A stretch of DNA of 64,000 bases, taken from Acidobacteriota bacterium (GTDB lineage Bacteria > Acidobacteriota > UBA890 > WLXD01). Shown here piece by piece: positions 28,612 through 38,604 of this stretch (position 1 is the stretch's first letter; each line of letters starts with the position of its first letter). Both the position numbers and the translations under genes were made by a program. Location: assembly GCA_963666055.2 (NCBI GenBank), contig CAXWPH010000007.1, positions 293,921 to 357,920 of the forward strand. Direction: 5' to 3'. Below the pieces are notes generated by a model that saw only the letters and a program-made list of their open reading frames with translations, did not search any database and was not told where the DNA came from.

Positions 28612-29373
28612 GTGAGCTGGCCTCAGCCGGGCCAACAGACGTCCCGGACAACTCGTATGGAACGCTATCGGGCGGCGCGCCGAGACCCCGAGTTAGTGGT
28701 GCTGGAAGGATTTCACGCGGTCAAGCACGCCGTCCGCTTCGAGGCCCTGATCATCGAGATGGCCGCAAGAAGTGGCGCCGAGATCAACGCGCTCGCTCAG
28801 CAGCTGGCCCCGGATGTTGGCGCGCAGCTCGCCGAGGCGGACGAACTACCGCAGGCCGAATTCGATACGCTCGCGCCGCTGCCGCATCCCACCGGTCTTA
28901 TCGCGATCGCCCGCCGCCGCGCCGTGGACCCGGCAACGCTTGCAAACAGCGACGCCGACACGCCTCTGGTGTTCCTCGAGCAGCCGGCGCACTTAGGCAA
29001 TCTCGGCGCCGCAGTACGCGTCGCCGCCGCCGCCGGCGCCAGCGGCCTGTTGACCACCGGACAGCACGACCCGTGGAGTCCGGAAGCAGTGCGCGCCGCG
29101 GCGGGATTGCAGTTCGCTCTACCCTCGGCGCGCGTCGATGAGCTGCCCGAGACCTCCAGACCGGTGGTCGCCGTCGATCCGGAAGGTGAGCCGATCTCGA
29201 GCTTCCGACTACCGGCGCGGCCGATTCTCGCCTTCGGGCCCGAGCGTCATGGCCTGAGCCAACACATGCTGCAGCGCGCCGAGCATCGCATCGCGATCCC
29301 GATGACCCCAGGCGTGTCGAGCCTCAACCTCGCCACCGCCGTGGCGGTAACGCTCTACGCGTTCCGCGCCTGA
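28612..29373 (+). CDS. TrmH/SpoU family RNA methyltransferase
   Basis: LEGFHAVKHA, GNLGAAVR, FGPERHGL, IPM...SLNLATAV. Confidence 0.92.
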   Translation: MSWPQPGQQTSRTTRMERYRAARRDPELVVLEGFHAVKHAVRFEALIIEMAARSGAEINALAQQLAPDVGAQLAEADELPQAEFDTLAPLPHPTGLIAIARRRAVDPATLANSDADTPLVFLEQPAHLGNLGAAVRVAAAAGASGLLTTGQHDPWSPEAVRAAAGLQFALPSARVDELPETSRPVVAVDPEGEPISSFRLPARPILAFGPERHGLSQHMLQRAEHRIAIPMTPGVSSLNLATAVAVTLYAFRA

Positions 29374-30179
29374 TATTTCACCCGTTCGATCTCAACGGGC
29401 TCGAACAAGGCGTCGAGCTTCGCGTTCAGGCTCGCTTCGAGCTCGGCGGCTCGGGGCTCGGGCACGCCGTACAGCGACAACCAGACGCCGAGGCTGAAGG
29501 CGCCCGACCCCGGCTCCAACTCCACGAACAACAGCGCGTCGTTGATCCCCGGGCAGCGGCACGACAGGTGAATCGGGTGGCTGATCAGATCGACCTCGCC
29601 GGCGTCACCGCTCCACAAGGTCGCCGCTGCACCGGGAGTTGGCGGCAGCTCGGTGGCGGCCAGGCCGTTGTCGCCAAACAACACGTCCCAAGCTTCGGCC
29701 TTGGCGAGCCCGATCTTGCGACGATCCCACACCATGCGCCGCGGCGTTCCGGCGTGTCGTTCCAGGTAATGCTTGAGGTTCGACAAGAAGTAACGCCAGC
29801 CGGAGTCGATGGTATCGAGGTAATGGGCCCGGTCGTCGGCGGCGCTGAAGCCCGATTGAACCATCCTCAGAACCGTGCGCCCCAGGCGCGCCTCGATGGT
29901 GTAGTCCACGGTCACCTGTACCGTTTCATCAGGCACCGGCGGCCGCTCGATATACCGTAGGCGACGGCCCTCCTCCCAGACGTCGATCCGCCCCGTCCCT
30001 GCTACATCGGGGCCCCAGGCAATGGTCACCGTGCCGCCCACGCCGGGCACGATCTCGGCAGTGAGCGGGAACCACCGCTGCAGCTCTTCCGCGGTGCTGA
30101 TTGCCTGCCAGACTTCGTCTGGGGAGGCCTCGATCTCGATCGCCTGCTCAACTGTCTTGGTCGCCATCGTCTCCGACAT
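29355..30179 (-). CDS. SRPBCC/AHSA1 domain protein
   Basis: IEIEASPDEVWQAI...WF, TVLRMVQSGF, GWRYFLSNLKHYLE. Confidence 0.85.
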   Translation of the reverse strand: MSETMATKTVEQAIEIEASPDEVWQAISTAEELQRWFPLTAEIVPGVGGTVTIAWGPDVAGTGRIDVWEEGRRLRYIERPPVPDETVQVTVDYTIEARLGRTVLRMVQSGFSAADDRAHYLDTIDSGWRYFLSNLKHYLERHAGTPRRMVWDRRKIGLAKAEAWDVLFGDNGLAATELPPTPGAAATLWSGDAGEVDLISHPIHLSCRCPGINDALLFVELEPGSGAFSLGVWLSLYGVPEPRAAELEASLNAKLDALFEPVEIERVKYQARNA

Positions 30180-30302
30180 CGGCTTCGTCTCCGAGGCGGG
30201 CAGTGTAACCTGGTGCTGCGCTCCCCGGACCTGCCGGTGAGATCGCCGCCTCGAAAGCGTATAGTCAGCGCCGTCCCCACCCCTACAGGGAGGCCCGCCG
30301 CC

Positions 30303-32021
30303 ATGCACCCACATTCCGGCTTAGCTGCCGTAGTTGTCCTCGTGCCGCTCCTCATCACCTGCGGTGCTCCGCAGGAGGCCGAACAGGTCGGGACAGCTGC
30401 CGCCGCCGGAGCCCCAAGTAGGGGCAGCTACGACGACCTGGTGACCCTGTTCGAGGAGTTTCGCCAGCTCAACGACCCGGGTCTCGTCGACGGCGTTCCC
30501 GACTACTCGCCGGCAACGATGGCTCGCATCTACGAGGAGTTGCGTGCGCAGCAACAGCGTCTGGCGGCGTTCGATGTCAACGACTGGTCGATCTCCGAGC
30601 AGGTCGACTATCACCTGGTCCGGGCCGAAATGAACGGTGTGGAGTTCACCCATCGGGTGATGAAGCCGTGGGTGACGAGCCCGTTCCACTACTGGGGCTC
30701 GTCCACCGGAACCAGCACCCCGTATTTCGCGTTCTCGGACCGACCGGCGGTGCCCGAAGGCCCCGGCTGGGGAGAGCTCGGGTTCACTGGGACACCCGAA
30801 TTCCCGCTCAGCGACGAGGAGGTCGAGGCCTACCGCGTGAGGTTGCGCGCGCTGCCGCAGGTCTTGGCGCAGGGCAAGGCCAACATCATCGTCGCCGAAG
30901 CCAAGCGTGATCTGGGGCTGATCGTGCTGCGAGCGATCGCCGAGGAGGGATCGCTGCTGGAGCCCCTGGTGGCCCAAATGCAAGAGCACCACCCCGATCT
31001 GGTGGCCGACACCGAGGCCGCCTGGGCGGCGGTGCAGGATTATCGGACCTGGGTGGAGGACAACCTCGAGCGCATGCAGGGCTCGGTGGGTTTCGGCGTC
31101 GACAACTTCAACTGGTGGCTGAAGAACGTCTGGCTGGTTCCCTATACCTGGGAGGAGGCCTGGACGCTCGGTCGCCGCGAGTACGAGCGCGGTGTGACCA
31201 CGCTGAAGCTCGAGCAATACCGGAACCAGGGCCTGCCGCGGCTCCAGCCCGCCCAGACGGCAGCGGAGTACGTCCAACGCCACCACGTGGCCGAGGATCA
31301 GCTACGGCGCTTCCTGCTCGGTGGCTCGTTCATGACTATTTCAGCCGAGGATCTCGCGGCCGCTTACGCAGCTTATCCGCCGAAACCGCCGGCCTCGCCG
31401 TCGGCCCGTCCGCGCAACTTCCTGGCCGGAATCATTCACGAGCACCTCGGCCATCAGCTCGATGCGCTGCGACCGGAAACCGGTCTGTCGCCGATCCGCG
31501 CCGCCCGCCGCCTGCACGAGATGACCCACCCACGCCGGGAGGGCGTTGCCGACAGCCTGGGGCAGGCGTTCATGCACGCCGGTATCCTCGACGACCAGCC
31601 GCGGGTGCGGGAGCTCATCCACCTGGCCACCGCCAACCGTGGCGCCCGCGCCATGGGATCGCTGAGGTTCTGGGCCGGCGAGCTCGACTACGAGGGCTGG
31701 AACCGCTACGACGCCGAGATGAGCGTGTACGGATCGACCACGCTGGACGAGAGCGACTGGTGGAACGCAGCGGCCAACTACAACACCTGGGATCACAAGA
31801 AGGACGCCGTGCGCGGACCGGGATACGAGATGGCCTACAACACCGGGGTGATGCAGTTCCAGACGCTGGTTGCCGATCGCGCCCTGCAGCTCGGCGACGA
31901 CTTCAACATGCGCGACTTCATGGACGAGCTCTTCGCCGCCGGGCAAATGCCAATGGCGCTGATCCGCTGGCAGATCACCGGCCTCACCGACGAGATGGAC
32001 AAGCTGCTGGACGGCGATTGA
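30303..32021 (+). CDS. DUF885-like lipoprotein (putative metallopeptidase)
   Basis: Lipobox-like LITC; VDYHLVRAEMNG; HEHLGH; FMDELFAAGQMPMALIRW. Confidence 0.7.
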   Translation: MHPHSGLAAVVVLVPLLITCGAPQEAEQVGTAAAAGAPSRGSYDDLVTLFEEFRQLNDPGLVDGVPDYSPATMARIYEELRAQQQRLAAFDVNDWSISEQVDYHLVRAEMNGVEFTHRVMKPWVTSPFHYWGSSTGTSTPYFAFSDRPAVPEGPGWGELGFTGTPEFPLSDEEVEAYRVRLRALPQVLAQGKANIIVAEAKRDLGLIVLRAIAEEGSLLEPLVAQMQEHHPDLVADTEAAWAAVQDYRTWVEDNLERMQGSVGFGVDNFNWWLKNVWLVPYTWEEAWTLGRREYERGVTTLKLEQYRNQGLPRLQPAQTAAEYVQRHHVAEDQLRRFLLGGSFMTISAEDLAAAYAAYPPKPPASPSARPRNFLAGIIHEHLGHQLDALRPETGLSPIRAARRLHEMTHPRREGVADSLGQAFMHAGILDDQPRVRELIHLATANRGARAMGSLRFWAGELDYEGWNRYDAEMSVYGSTTLDESDWWNAAANYNTWDHKKDAVRGPGYEMAYNTGVMQFQTLVADRALQLGDDFNMRDFMDELFAAGQMPMALIRWQITGLTDEMDKLLDGD

Positions 32022-32046
32022 AGATCGTCCCGCTGCTCGGTGAGTT

Positions 32047-34359
32047 GTGCGACGGTACGTAGTCCGAGGTCAGCAACAATCGAGGAACCGGTACGCGACG
32101 GCGCCCGCAGTGGCGATCGTACGAGTCGCCCTGGTGGTTGTCTGCGCCACGCTGGCTCCGGCAACGTCGGCCCAATCAGCCGGCCAGTCGGTTACCGCGG
32201 CCGACGCCAACTACCAGGTAGCCGCGCAGTCGACGACGCTGCCGCCCCGAATCGACGGGCGGCTCGACGACCCGGCCTGGCAACAGGCGACCCTGCTCAC
32301 GCGATTTACCCAGTCCACGCCCAACGAGGGGGAGCCGGTCACTGAGCGCACCGAGGTGCGGGTGCTGTACGACGAGTCAAAGCTCTACATCGCCGCCATG
32401 ATGTACGACCGGGCGCCCGAGCGGATCGTCGCCAACGTGCTGCGTCGCGATGAGCGCTCGCGCTCCAACGATCACTTCGTGGTGACGCTCGACACGTATC
32501 ACGACCACCGCAACGGCTACTACTTCGAGACCAACGCGCTGGGAGCCAAGTTCGACGCGCAAATCGTCGGTGAAGGAGGTCGATCGAGCTTCGGAGGTAA
32601 CGTCGAGCAGTTCGAGGCCAGCTGGGACGCGGTATGGGAGGCTGCCGGCCGCATCACCCCCGAGGGCTGGTCGGTGGAGATCGCCATCCCGTTCTGGTCG
32701 CTACGCTTCGATCCGGAAAACACCACCGCGTGGGGAATCAACTTCCGACGCGGTATCCCTCGCAACGGCGAAGAAGCGTACTGGGCCCCAGTGCCCCGGC
32801 AGTACAACGCCACCCGGCTGTCGCACTCGGGGATGCTGGTGGGAATGGAGCAGCTGGCTTCGCCGCGCAACCTGCAGGTAAAGCCCTTTGCCCTTGGCGA
32901 CGCGTCGACCGTCCTACGTGACCCCAACCTAGGGGCCGGCGGCGGTCACGTTACCGACGCGTCGGGCGATGCCGGCGTCGACGTCAAGTGGGGGATCACC
33001 CCGAACCTGACGTTCGACGGCACGCTGAACACCGACTTCGCGCAGGTGGAGGCCGATGACGTGCAGGTCAACCTGACGCGCTTCCCGCTGTTCTTCCCTG
33101 AGAAACGCGAGTTCTTCCTGGAGAACGCCGGATTGTTCAACTTCGGCAGAACGGGCGGCGGCGGCGGCGGTGGCGGTGTTGGATTTCAGCTCGGCAGCAC
33201 GCCGCGGGTGATCGGCTTCCACTCGCGGCGCATCGGGGTGTCGCCCGACAATCGCGAAGTACCGATCATCGGCGGTGGCCGGCTGACCGGCAAGATCGGG
33301 CCGTGGTCGGGTGGGGCTTTGTCGCTGCAAACAACCAGCATTGCCGGGGTGGCGTCGGCCAACCACAGCGTCGTGCGACTCAGACGTGATCTCGGCAGTC
33401 GCTCGAGCTTCGGCATGCTGTTCACCAACCGGGAGGCGGGCGGTGGTGACCACAACCGCACCTACGGCGTCGACGGGCGCTGGGCCATCACGCCGCAGAC
33501 GACGGTCGATGGATGGTGGATGCAGACCGCTACTCCAGGGCTGGACGATGCCTCCTGGGCCGGAGAGGTCCGGTTCGAGCACGCCACGCCCGGGTGGCTC
33601 GTCAAGGGATCGGCGCTGGAGATTGGCGAGGACTTCAATCCGGAGCTCGGCTTCGTCAACCGCACCGGCCTGCGCGCCTATCACGGGGAGGCGATGTGGA
33701 CCCCCTACCCGCAAGCCGAGTGGATCCGCAACATGAACCCCCACGCTACCTTGGACGTCGTCACCGATCGGACCGGCCAACTGCTGTCGCGCCGTTGGCA
33801 CTTCGACTGGGACGTGTTCCTGCGCCGCGGTGACATCATCGGGCCCACCCACAATCGCGTCTTCGAGCGCCTCGACATGCCCTTCGAGATCGTCAGCGGG
33901 GTGGTCATCCCACCGGGCGAATATCGCTTCAACGAGTACAGCTTCGAGATCGTCGCCGATCCGAGCCGCACTGTCGACGGCAGCATCACCTACACGTGGG
34001 GCGGCTTCTTCGGAGGCACACGCAAGAACCTGACCCTCACGGGCGGTGCCCGTATCGGCCCCCGCCTGGCGATCTCCGCCGCCTGGAACCGCAACGACGT
34101 CGAGCTACCGCAGGGTGATTTCGTCACCGATCTGCTGCGATCACGAATCTCCTACGACTTCAGCACCCGCCTGTTCCTTGCTGCCCTCATCCAGTACGAC
34201 AATCAAGCCGATCAGGTGCTGTCCAACATCCGGCTCAACTTCATCCATACGCCGGGGGCCGACCTGTTCGTGGTGTACAACGAGAGCCGATTGGCGCACG
34301 ACGCCGACCTGATCGACCGGACGATCATCGTAAAGTTGACTCATCTGCTGCGCTTCTGA
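32047..34359 (+). CDS. CBM9-like + DUF5916 outer-membrane beta-barrel protein
   Basis: PRIDGRLDDPAW, TEVRVLYD, WSVEIAIPF, NTDFAQVEAD, FPEKREFFLE; terminal Phe. Confidence 0.88.
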   Translation: MRRYVVRGQQQSRNRYATAPAVAIVRVALVVVCATLAPATSAQSAGQSVTAADANYQVAAQSTTLPPRIDGRLDDPAWQQATLLTRFTQSTPNEGEPVTERTEVRVLYDESKLYIAAMMYDRAPERIVANVLRRDERSRSNDHFVVTLDTYHDHRNGYYFETNALGAKFDAQIVGEGGRSSFGGNVEQFEASWDAVWEAAGRITPEGWSVEIAIPFWSLRFDPENTTAWGINFRRGIPRNGEEAYWAPVPRQYNATRLSHSGMLVGMEQLASPRNLQVKPFALGDASTVLRDPNLGAGGGHVTDASGDAGVDVKWGITPNLTFDGTLNTDFAQVEADDVQVNLTRFPLFFPEKREFFLENAGLFNFGRTGGGGGGGGVGFQLGSTPRVIGFHSRRIGVSPDNREVPIIGGGRLTGKIGPWSGGALSLQTTSIAGVASANHSVVRLRRDLGSRSSFGMLFTNREAGGGDHNRTYGVDGRWAITPQTTVDGWWMQTATPGLDDASWAGEVRFEHATPGWLVKGSALEIGEDFNPELGFVNRTGLRAYHGEAMWTPYPQAEWIRNMNPHATLDVVTDRTGQLLSRRWHFDWDVFLRRGDIIGPTHNRVFERLDMPFEIVSGVVIPPGEYRFNEYSFEIVADPSRTVDGSITYTWGGFFGGTRKNLTLTGGARIGPRLAISAAWNRNDVELPQGDFVTDLLRSRISYDFSTRLFLAALIQYDNQADQVLSNIRLNFIHTPGADLFVVYNESRLAHDADLIDRTIIVKLTHLLRF

Positions 34360-34380
34360 GCCCCAGCTACGGAGATTCCA

Positions 34381-34736
34381 TTGCGCCCATCCACTCGTGT
34401 TCTCATGGTCCTTGTGCTCGTCTCCATCGCCGTCGTCGCCGCTAGCGTCGCCCACAGCGGAACCAGGACAACGCAGAGCTCGACGCCATCATCGAGTCGC
34501 TCATGCCCTCGGTGATCGAGTGGCACTTCTCCCTGTTCCAGGAGCGCATCCCCGGTTTCTACTTCATGCTCGGCGTCAACAAGGAAGGTGTGGGTGTGAA
34601 CCAGGCGGCCCCGAATCATTCGCCCAACTTCTACGTCAACGACGACGCGCTCATCGTAGGAGTACGCGCGATGGCGGGTGTGGCAATGGACTACCTGGGC
34701 TTCGCCCGCAATTCGTCAAGCGCACCCGACAAGTAG
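34381..34736 (+). pseudogene. M20D amidohydrolase relic (signal peptide and N-terminus fused to C-terminus)
   Basis: Signal peptide, frameshift, then LDAIIESLMPSVIEW joined to FSLFQERIPGFYFMLG...PNHSPNFYVNDDALIVGVRAM. Confidence 0.8.
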
Positions 34737-34873
34737 GCCAGCTGTAACGCTTCCTCGAGCCAGGCCAAGCGCTGCTCCGGCGTGGCCGTGATTGTGGCTT
34801 CCAGATGCTGGCGCTGCGTACCTTCCCAACTCGCGTCCCACGATTCCATGCGGTCGGCGCGCTTAGCCATCAT
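34691..34873 (-). CDS. Small helical protein coupled to the nucleotidyltransferase gene
   Basis: 60 aa, TPEQRLAWLEEA; start overlaps the NTase stop. Confidence 0.65.
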   Translation of the reverse strand: MMAKRADRMESWDASWEGTQRQHLEATITATPEQRLAWLEEALQLAYLSGALDELRAKPR

Positions 34874-35372
34874 CGCTCGCTTGGCGGGCGCGCAGGATGG
34901 CCTCGAGCTGCACGATGTCGGCCTGATCCTGCGGTCGGCCAGCCAGGCGCTTCAGGCGGATCAGGTGAGGGATCGATACGACTCGTACGGTCGTGTCACG
35001 CAGGTCGAACTCGACGGAGCTCTCCCACAGCTCATCGAACGGAATGGGATACTCCGCAAATAGGTCTACTACGCGCATCGGGTTGTTCGGGTCGAGCATC
35101 GAGAACACCTTCATTCCGCGCTCACGGACCCACGCCTCACGAACCGTCGCGTTGGCAAAGTCACTTGCGTTGACTGGCAGTCTCGGCTGCAGTCCCGATG
35201 CGGCGAGGACGTCGATGGCCTTGGCCGCCTCGAAGGGGTCGAGGTCGACGATAAGGTCTACATCTACCGTCAACCGCGCGTGGCCGTGCAGCACCACGGC
35301 GAGCCCGCCTACGACGACGTAGCGCACGTTGGCCGCGTTCAACGCCGCGAAGAGTGGTTCGAAAATCGCCAT
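34863..35372 (-). CDS. Nucleotidyltransferase (pol-beta superfamily, DUF6036-like)
   Basis: YVVVGGLAVVLHG..RLTVDVD; LIRLKRLAGRPQDQADI. Confidence 0.85.
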   Translation of the reverse strand: MAIFEPLFAALNAANVRYVVVGGLAVVLHGHARLTVDVDLIVDLDPFEAAKAIDVLAASGLQPRLPVNASDFANATVREAWVRERGMKVFSMLDPNNPMRVVDLFAEYPIPFDELWESSVEFDLRDTTVRVVSIPHLIRLKRLAGRPQDQADIVQLEAILRARQASDDG

Positions 35373-35503
35373 AAGCGAATTCTATGGGCGCGTCGGTCGC
35401 TGAACCAAGCAGCCCGCGAATTCGACGGCTATCTGGCGCCTGCTGAACCTATGCTCGGACGCTTCCATGCACTTGGCGACCCGCTGGCCGACCGCATCTC
35501 CGC

Positions 35504-36235
35504 CTACTTCCAGGTGACCTCCATGGCGAAGAAGTGATCGAACACCTCGCGAGTCGGGTTGTTGCGGGCATCCACCTCGGGGCTGCGGATGAAGAAGTCG
35601 AGCTGTTGCACGGCCGGATTCACCGCGCCTGCCGATGAGCGTTTGTTGAGCAGCGGATAGTTGACCTCCAAGGTCCGTCGATCGCGCATGCCCTGGGTAA
35701 CCATGAAGTGCACTTGATACTCGTCGTAGATGCGCTCGCCGTTGAGCGTCGCATGGCCGTAACCCCAGCCGGCCACATAGATGAAGGTCTTCGGCCAGTT
35801 CGTATCGCCACAGCCGGAGTCGCCGTGTTCGTACAGGTACGCCGCGACGCCGCCGTCCTGGCATGGACTGAACTCGTGAAAGCGGTCCATGTTCACCACC
35901 AGCTCGCCCTCCGGCAGGTCGAGGCGAGCCGAGAAGCGCCCGCTGTTGTTGATCTCGTCGACGTCAATCTCGACCGTGCCGCCCACAGCGCGAACACTCG
36001 CCGCGTCGTTCCCCATATGATCCCACCCCGGCGCTTCGTCGAGCCGCCCGACCTGGTGGATACGCCCCGCCGACAAGACGAAGCGTCCGTCGTAGAGATC
36101 GTGCTGTTGCGGCGCATAGAGGGTGATCTCCGCGCCCGGCTGCTGGCGGGGCGTTGATTCCTGCGTCGCCAAATGCGCCGGTGCGCCCACCATCAAAACG
36201 GCCACCATGGTCATGTGCGAGCTCAGCCTCAACAT
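35504..36235 (-). CDS. Hypothetical secreted protein
   Basis: RBS AGGAGG, signal peptide, Cys/His motifs CQDGG...HGDSGCG...HFM. Confidence 0.75.
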   Translation of the reverse strand: MLRLSSHMTMVAVLMVGAPAHLATQESTPRQQPGAEITLYAPQQHDLYDGRFVLSAGRIHQVGRLDEAPGWDHMGNDAASVRAVGGTVEIDVDEINNSGRFSARLDLPEGELVVNMDRFHEFSPCQDGGVAAYLYEHGDSGCGDTNWPKTFIYVAGWGYGHATLNGERIYDEYQVHFMVTQGMRDRRTLEVNYPLLNKRSSAGAVNPAVQQLDFFIRSPEVDARNNPTREVFDHFFAMEVTWK

Positions 36236-36263
36236 CGATGTGCCTCCTGTCGCGCTTGAGAGG

Positions 36264-37040
36264 TCAGCGACTCTCCTGCGAAAACCGCGCCTCGACGATC
36301 TCGGTGCTCCCTGCTTCGACTTCAACCGAGACCCTTTGCTGGCCCAGCTTCTCGTGCCAGAGCTCCAGCTGGTAGGTGCCCGGCGGAACCTCAGGAATGC
36401 GGAAGACGCCGGCCGCGTCCGTAACGGCATGAAACGGGTGCGCGTCGATCCTGATGAACGCCTGCATCCACCCGTGTACGTCGCACTTGACGATGATCAT
36501 CCCTTCCTCCGCAACCACGGTATCGATGCTCATTCCCGTCGACGGCAACGCCATGTTGACGCTGTGGGCACCGTAGAAATGCTCGGTATGGAGCACCGCG
36601 TCGCTGTTGGTAGCGGTGATCGTGCTGCCTACGGTAAGCACCGCGGCGTGCGGAATGAAGCGGCAGCCCCGGTTGTCGAGCACCAGGCGCTCCGCAGGGC
36701 GAGCAGGTATCTTGTCCCGGGGCACGTCGAGCAACGCGACGATCACGTTGCGAATACCGCCGTCGACGGCCGACACGAGGAGATCCTCCAGGCTTTGGGC
36801 CTCGCCACATAGCTCCGGATCGGTGGTGTTTCGCACTCGCGTCGGCTCGGGGATCGTGGCGGCGGTTAGCCGGACAACACCCTCGACGGTGCCCGTTTCT
36901 GACGACGAGCCGGAAGACGCGTCGCGCAGAGGCTCCGTGTCCGGTTGGCAGCCGACCGCGAGAACCACCATCAGGCTCGCAAGCAGCCGGGCCGCGCCCG
37001 GCAGGGGCGCAGACGGTGAACGGACGATGAAACCCACCAT
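36264..37040 (-). CDS. Lipoprotein with cupredoxin-like and carboxypeptidase-regulatory-like domains
   Basis: Lipobox LAVGC; LDNRGCRFIPH, NSDAVLH, KCDVHGWM, VPPGTYQLELWHE. Confidence 0.85.
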   Translation of the reverse strand: MVGFIVRSPSAPLPGAARLLASLMVVLAVGCQPDTEPLRDASSGSSSETGTVEGVVRLTAATIPEPTRVRNTTDPELCGEAQSLEDLLVSAVDGGIRNVIVALLDVPRDKIPARPAERLVLDNRGCRFIPHAAVLTVGSTITATNSDAVLHTEHFYGAHSVNMALPSTGMSIDTVVAEEGMIIVKCDVHGWMQAFIRIDAHPFHAVTDAAGVFRIPEVPPGTYQLELWHEKLGQQRVSVEVEAGSTEIVEARFSQESR

Positions 37041-37197
37041 GTGACCACGGTAGTTGGTCGCCACGGTGAAGTCATCCGGCACCAAGAGGACGGGCTTCCA
37101 GGCGCGCTGAAGGTGTTGTTGGCGGCGGCAACTTGGTAGGCTCCGCGGCAAGGGACTATCGCATGTGCCTCGTTGGACCCGATATCGGAGGAGCATT

Positions 37198-38604
37198 GTG
37201 TGGTTCGAGTCGATCCTGAGACGAGAGACCGGCTGTGTCACCTACATGGTCGGCTCGACGGTCAGCGGCGAGTGTGCCGTCTTCGATCCGCTGTGGGACA
37301 TCGACCCCTACCTACACCTGGCGGCGTCCAAGTCGTCCCGCATCCGCTACATCATCGACTCGCACAGCCACGCGGACCACGTGTCCGGGGCGCGACGCCT
37401 GGCTACGGCGTGCAGCGGCGAGCTGGTGCTGCCGGAGCTCGCCGAGATCAACTACGAGGCCACACGGGTAGCGCCCGGTGACCGGCTCGTCCTGGGCGAT
37501 GTGGCCTTGGAGATTTTCCACGCTCCGGGGCATCGGCCAGAGCAAATCAACCTCCTGGTCTTCGATCACGGCCGGGGCGACGACCCCTGGTGCCTGCTAA
37601 CCGCGGATTTTCTGCTCGTCGGCGACCTGTCACGGCCGGACCTCGCACAGGATGGCGAGGACGGGGCGCGAGCGCTCTTCGATGAGGCGCTGCCTCGGCT
37701 CCGTGAGCTCCCCGATTTCGTCGAGGTTTATCCGGGACATGTGGCGGGCTCCACCTGAGGACGCGTCACCAGTGGCAAGGTTGTCACCACGATCGGGTAT
37801 GAGAAGCGCAACAACCCCGCCCTGCAGTTCAAGGAGCGCAACGCGTTTATCGCGTACATGAACGCCAATCAGCCGATTCGTCCAGCCAACGTCGAGAACA
37901 TCGTCGCGATCAACCAGGGCAGAAGGCCGTTGACGATGGACCCGCCCCGCGCCCGCCCCCTGAGCCCGGACGAGTTCGCCGAGCTGGCCGACGACGGCCG
38001 GCTCGTCATCGACGCCCGATCGGCGGCCGCCTTCGGCAGCGGACACGTTCCGGGCGCCATGAGCATCCTGCAGAGCAGCCCCGAGTTCGAACAGCGGGTC
38101 GGCTGGGTGACCCCGCCCGACGTGCCATTCCTGCTGGTCACCGACGACGCCGAGGCAACGGAATGCGCTCTCCACGCGATGGCCTTCCTGGGGCTGGATT
38201 CTCGAGTCGAGGGGGTTCTGGCCGGTGGCATGAGAAGCTGGCTGCGCGCCGGACGCCCACAGGAGACGTTGCCGCAGATGAGCGTCCACGAGCTTGCCGC
38301 GGTACTGTCCAACGGCGGCGCGATGCAGGTGCTCGACGTGCGCGAAACCTCGGAGTGGGACGCCGGACACGTCGACGGTGCCCACTACATGAACTACAAG
38401 TTCCTCGCCGACCGGATCGACGAGCTCGAGCTGAGCATCGACAGTCGCGTATCGGTCCTCTGCGCCGTTGGGGCTCGATCGAGCACCGCCTGCAGCATCT
38501 TGCTGCGCAACGGCTTCCGTCGCATTCGCAACGTGACCGGCGGCATGGGTGCGTGGGCGGCCGCCGGGCTGCCCATGGTGGACGCTGCCGGCGAGCCCGT
38601 TTAG
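37198..38604 (+). CDS. MBL-fold persulfide dioxygenase + two rhodanese domains (CstB-like), with in-frame TGA (codon 187) probably read as selenocysteine
   Basis: RBS GGAGGAG; SHSHADH, PGHRPE, YPGHVAGST-TGA-G...TTIGYEKRNN; rhodanese IDAR...GHVPGA; active-site LCAVGARS. ORFs 37165-37758 and 37858-38604 share one frame. Confidence 0.85.
37759..37795 (+). promoter_or_regulatory. Putative bacterial SECIS element
   Basis: Hairpin GUGGCA-AGGU-UGUCAC (37772-37787); the loop starts after a 19-nt gap from UGA and has G as its second base. Confidence 0.65.

Noticed and set aside
33153-33177. GGC/GGT triplet run as a contingency locus
   Set aside because: It encodes an in-frame poly-Gly loop, so slippage would not switch expression.
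37165-37758. Treating the MBL ORF and the rhodanese ORF as two separate genes
   Set aside because: The sequence between them is in frame and encodes the conserved TTIGYEKRNN motif.
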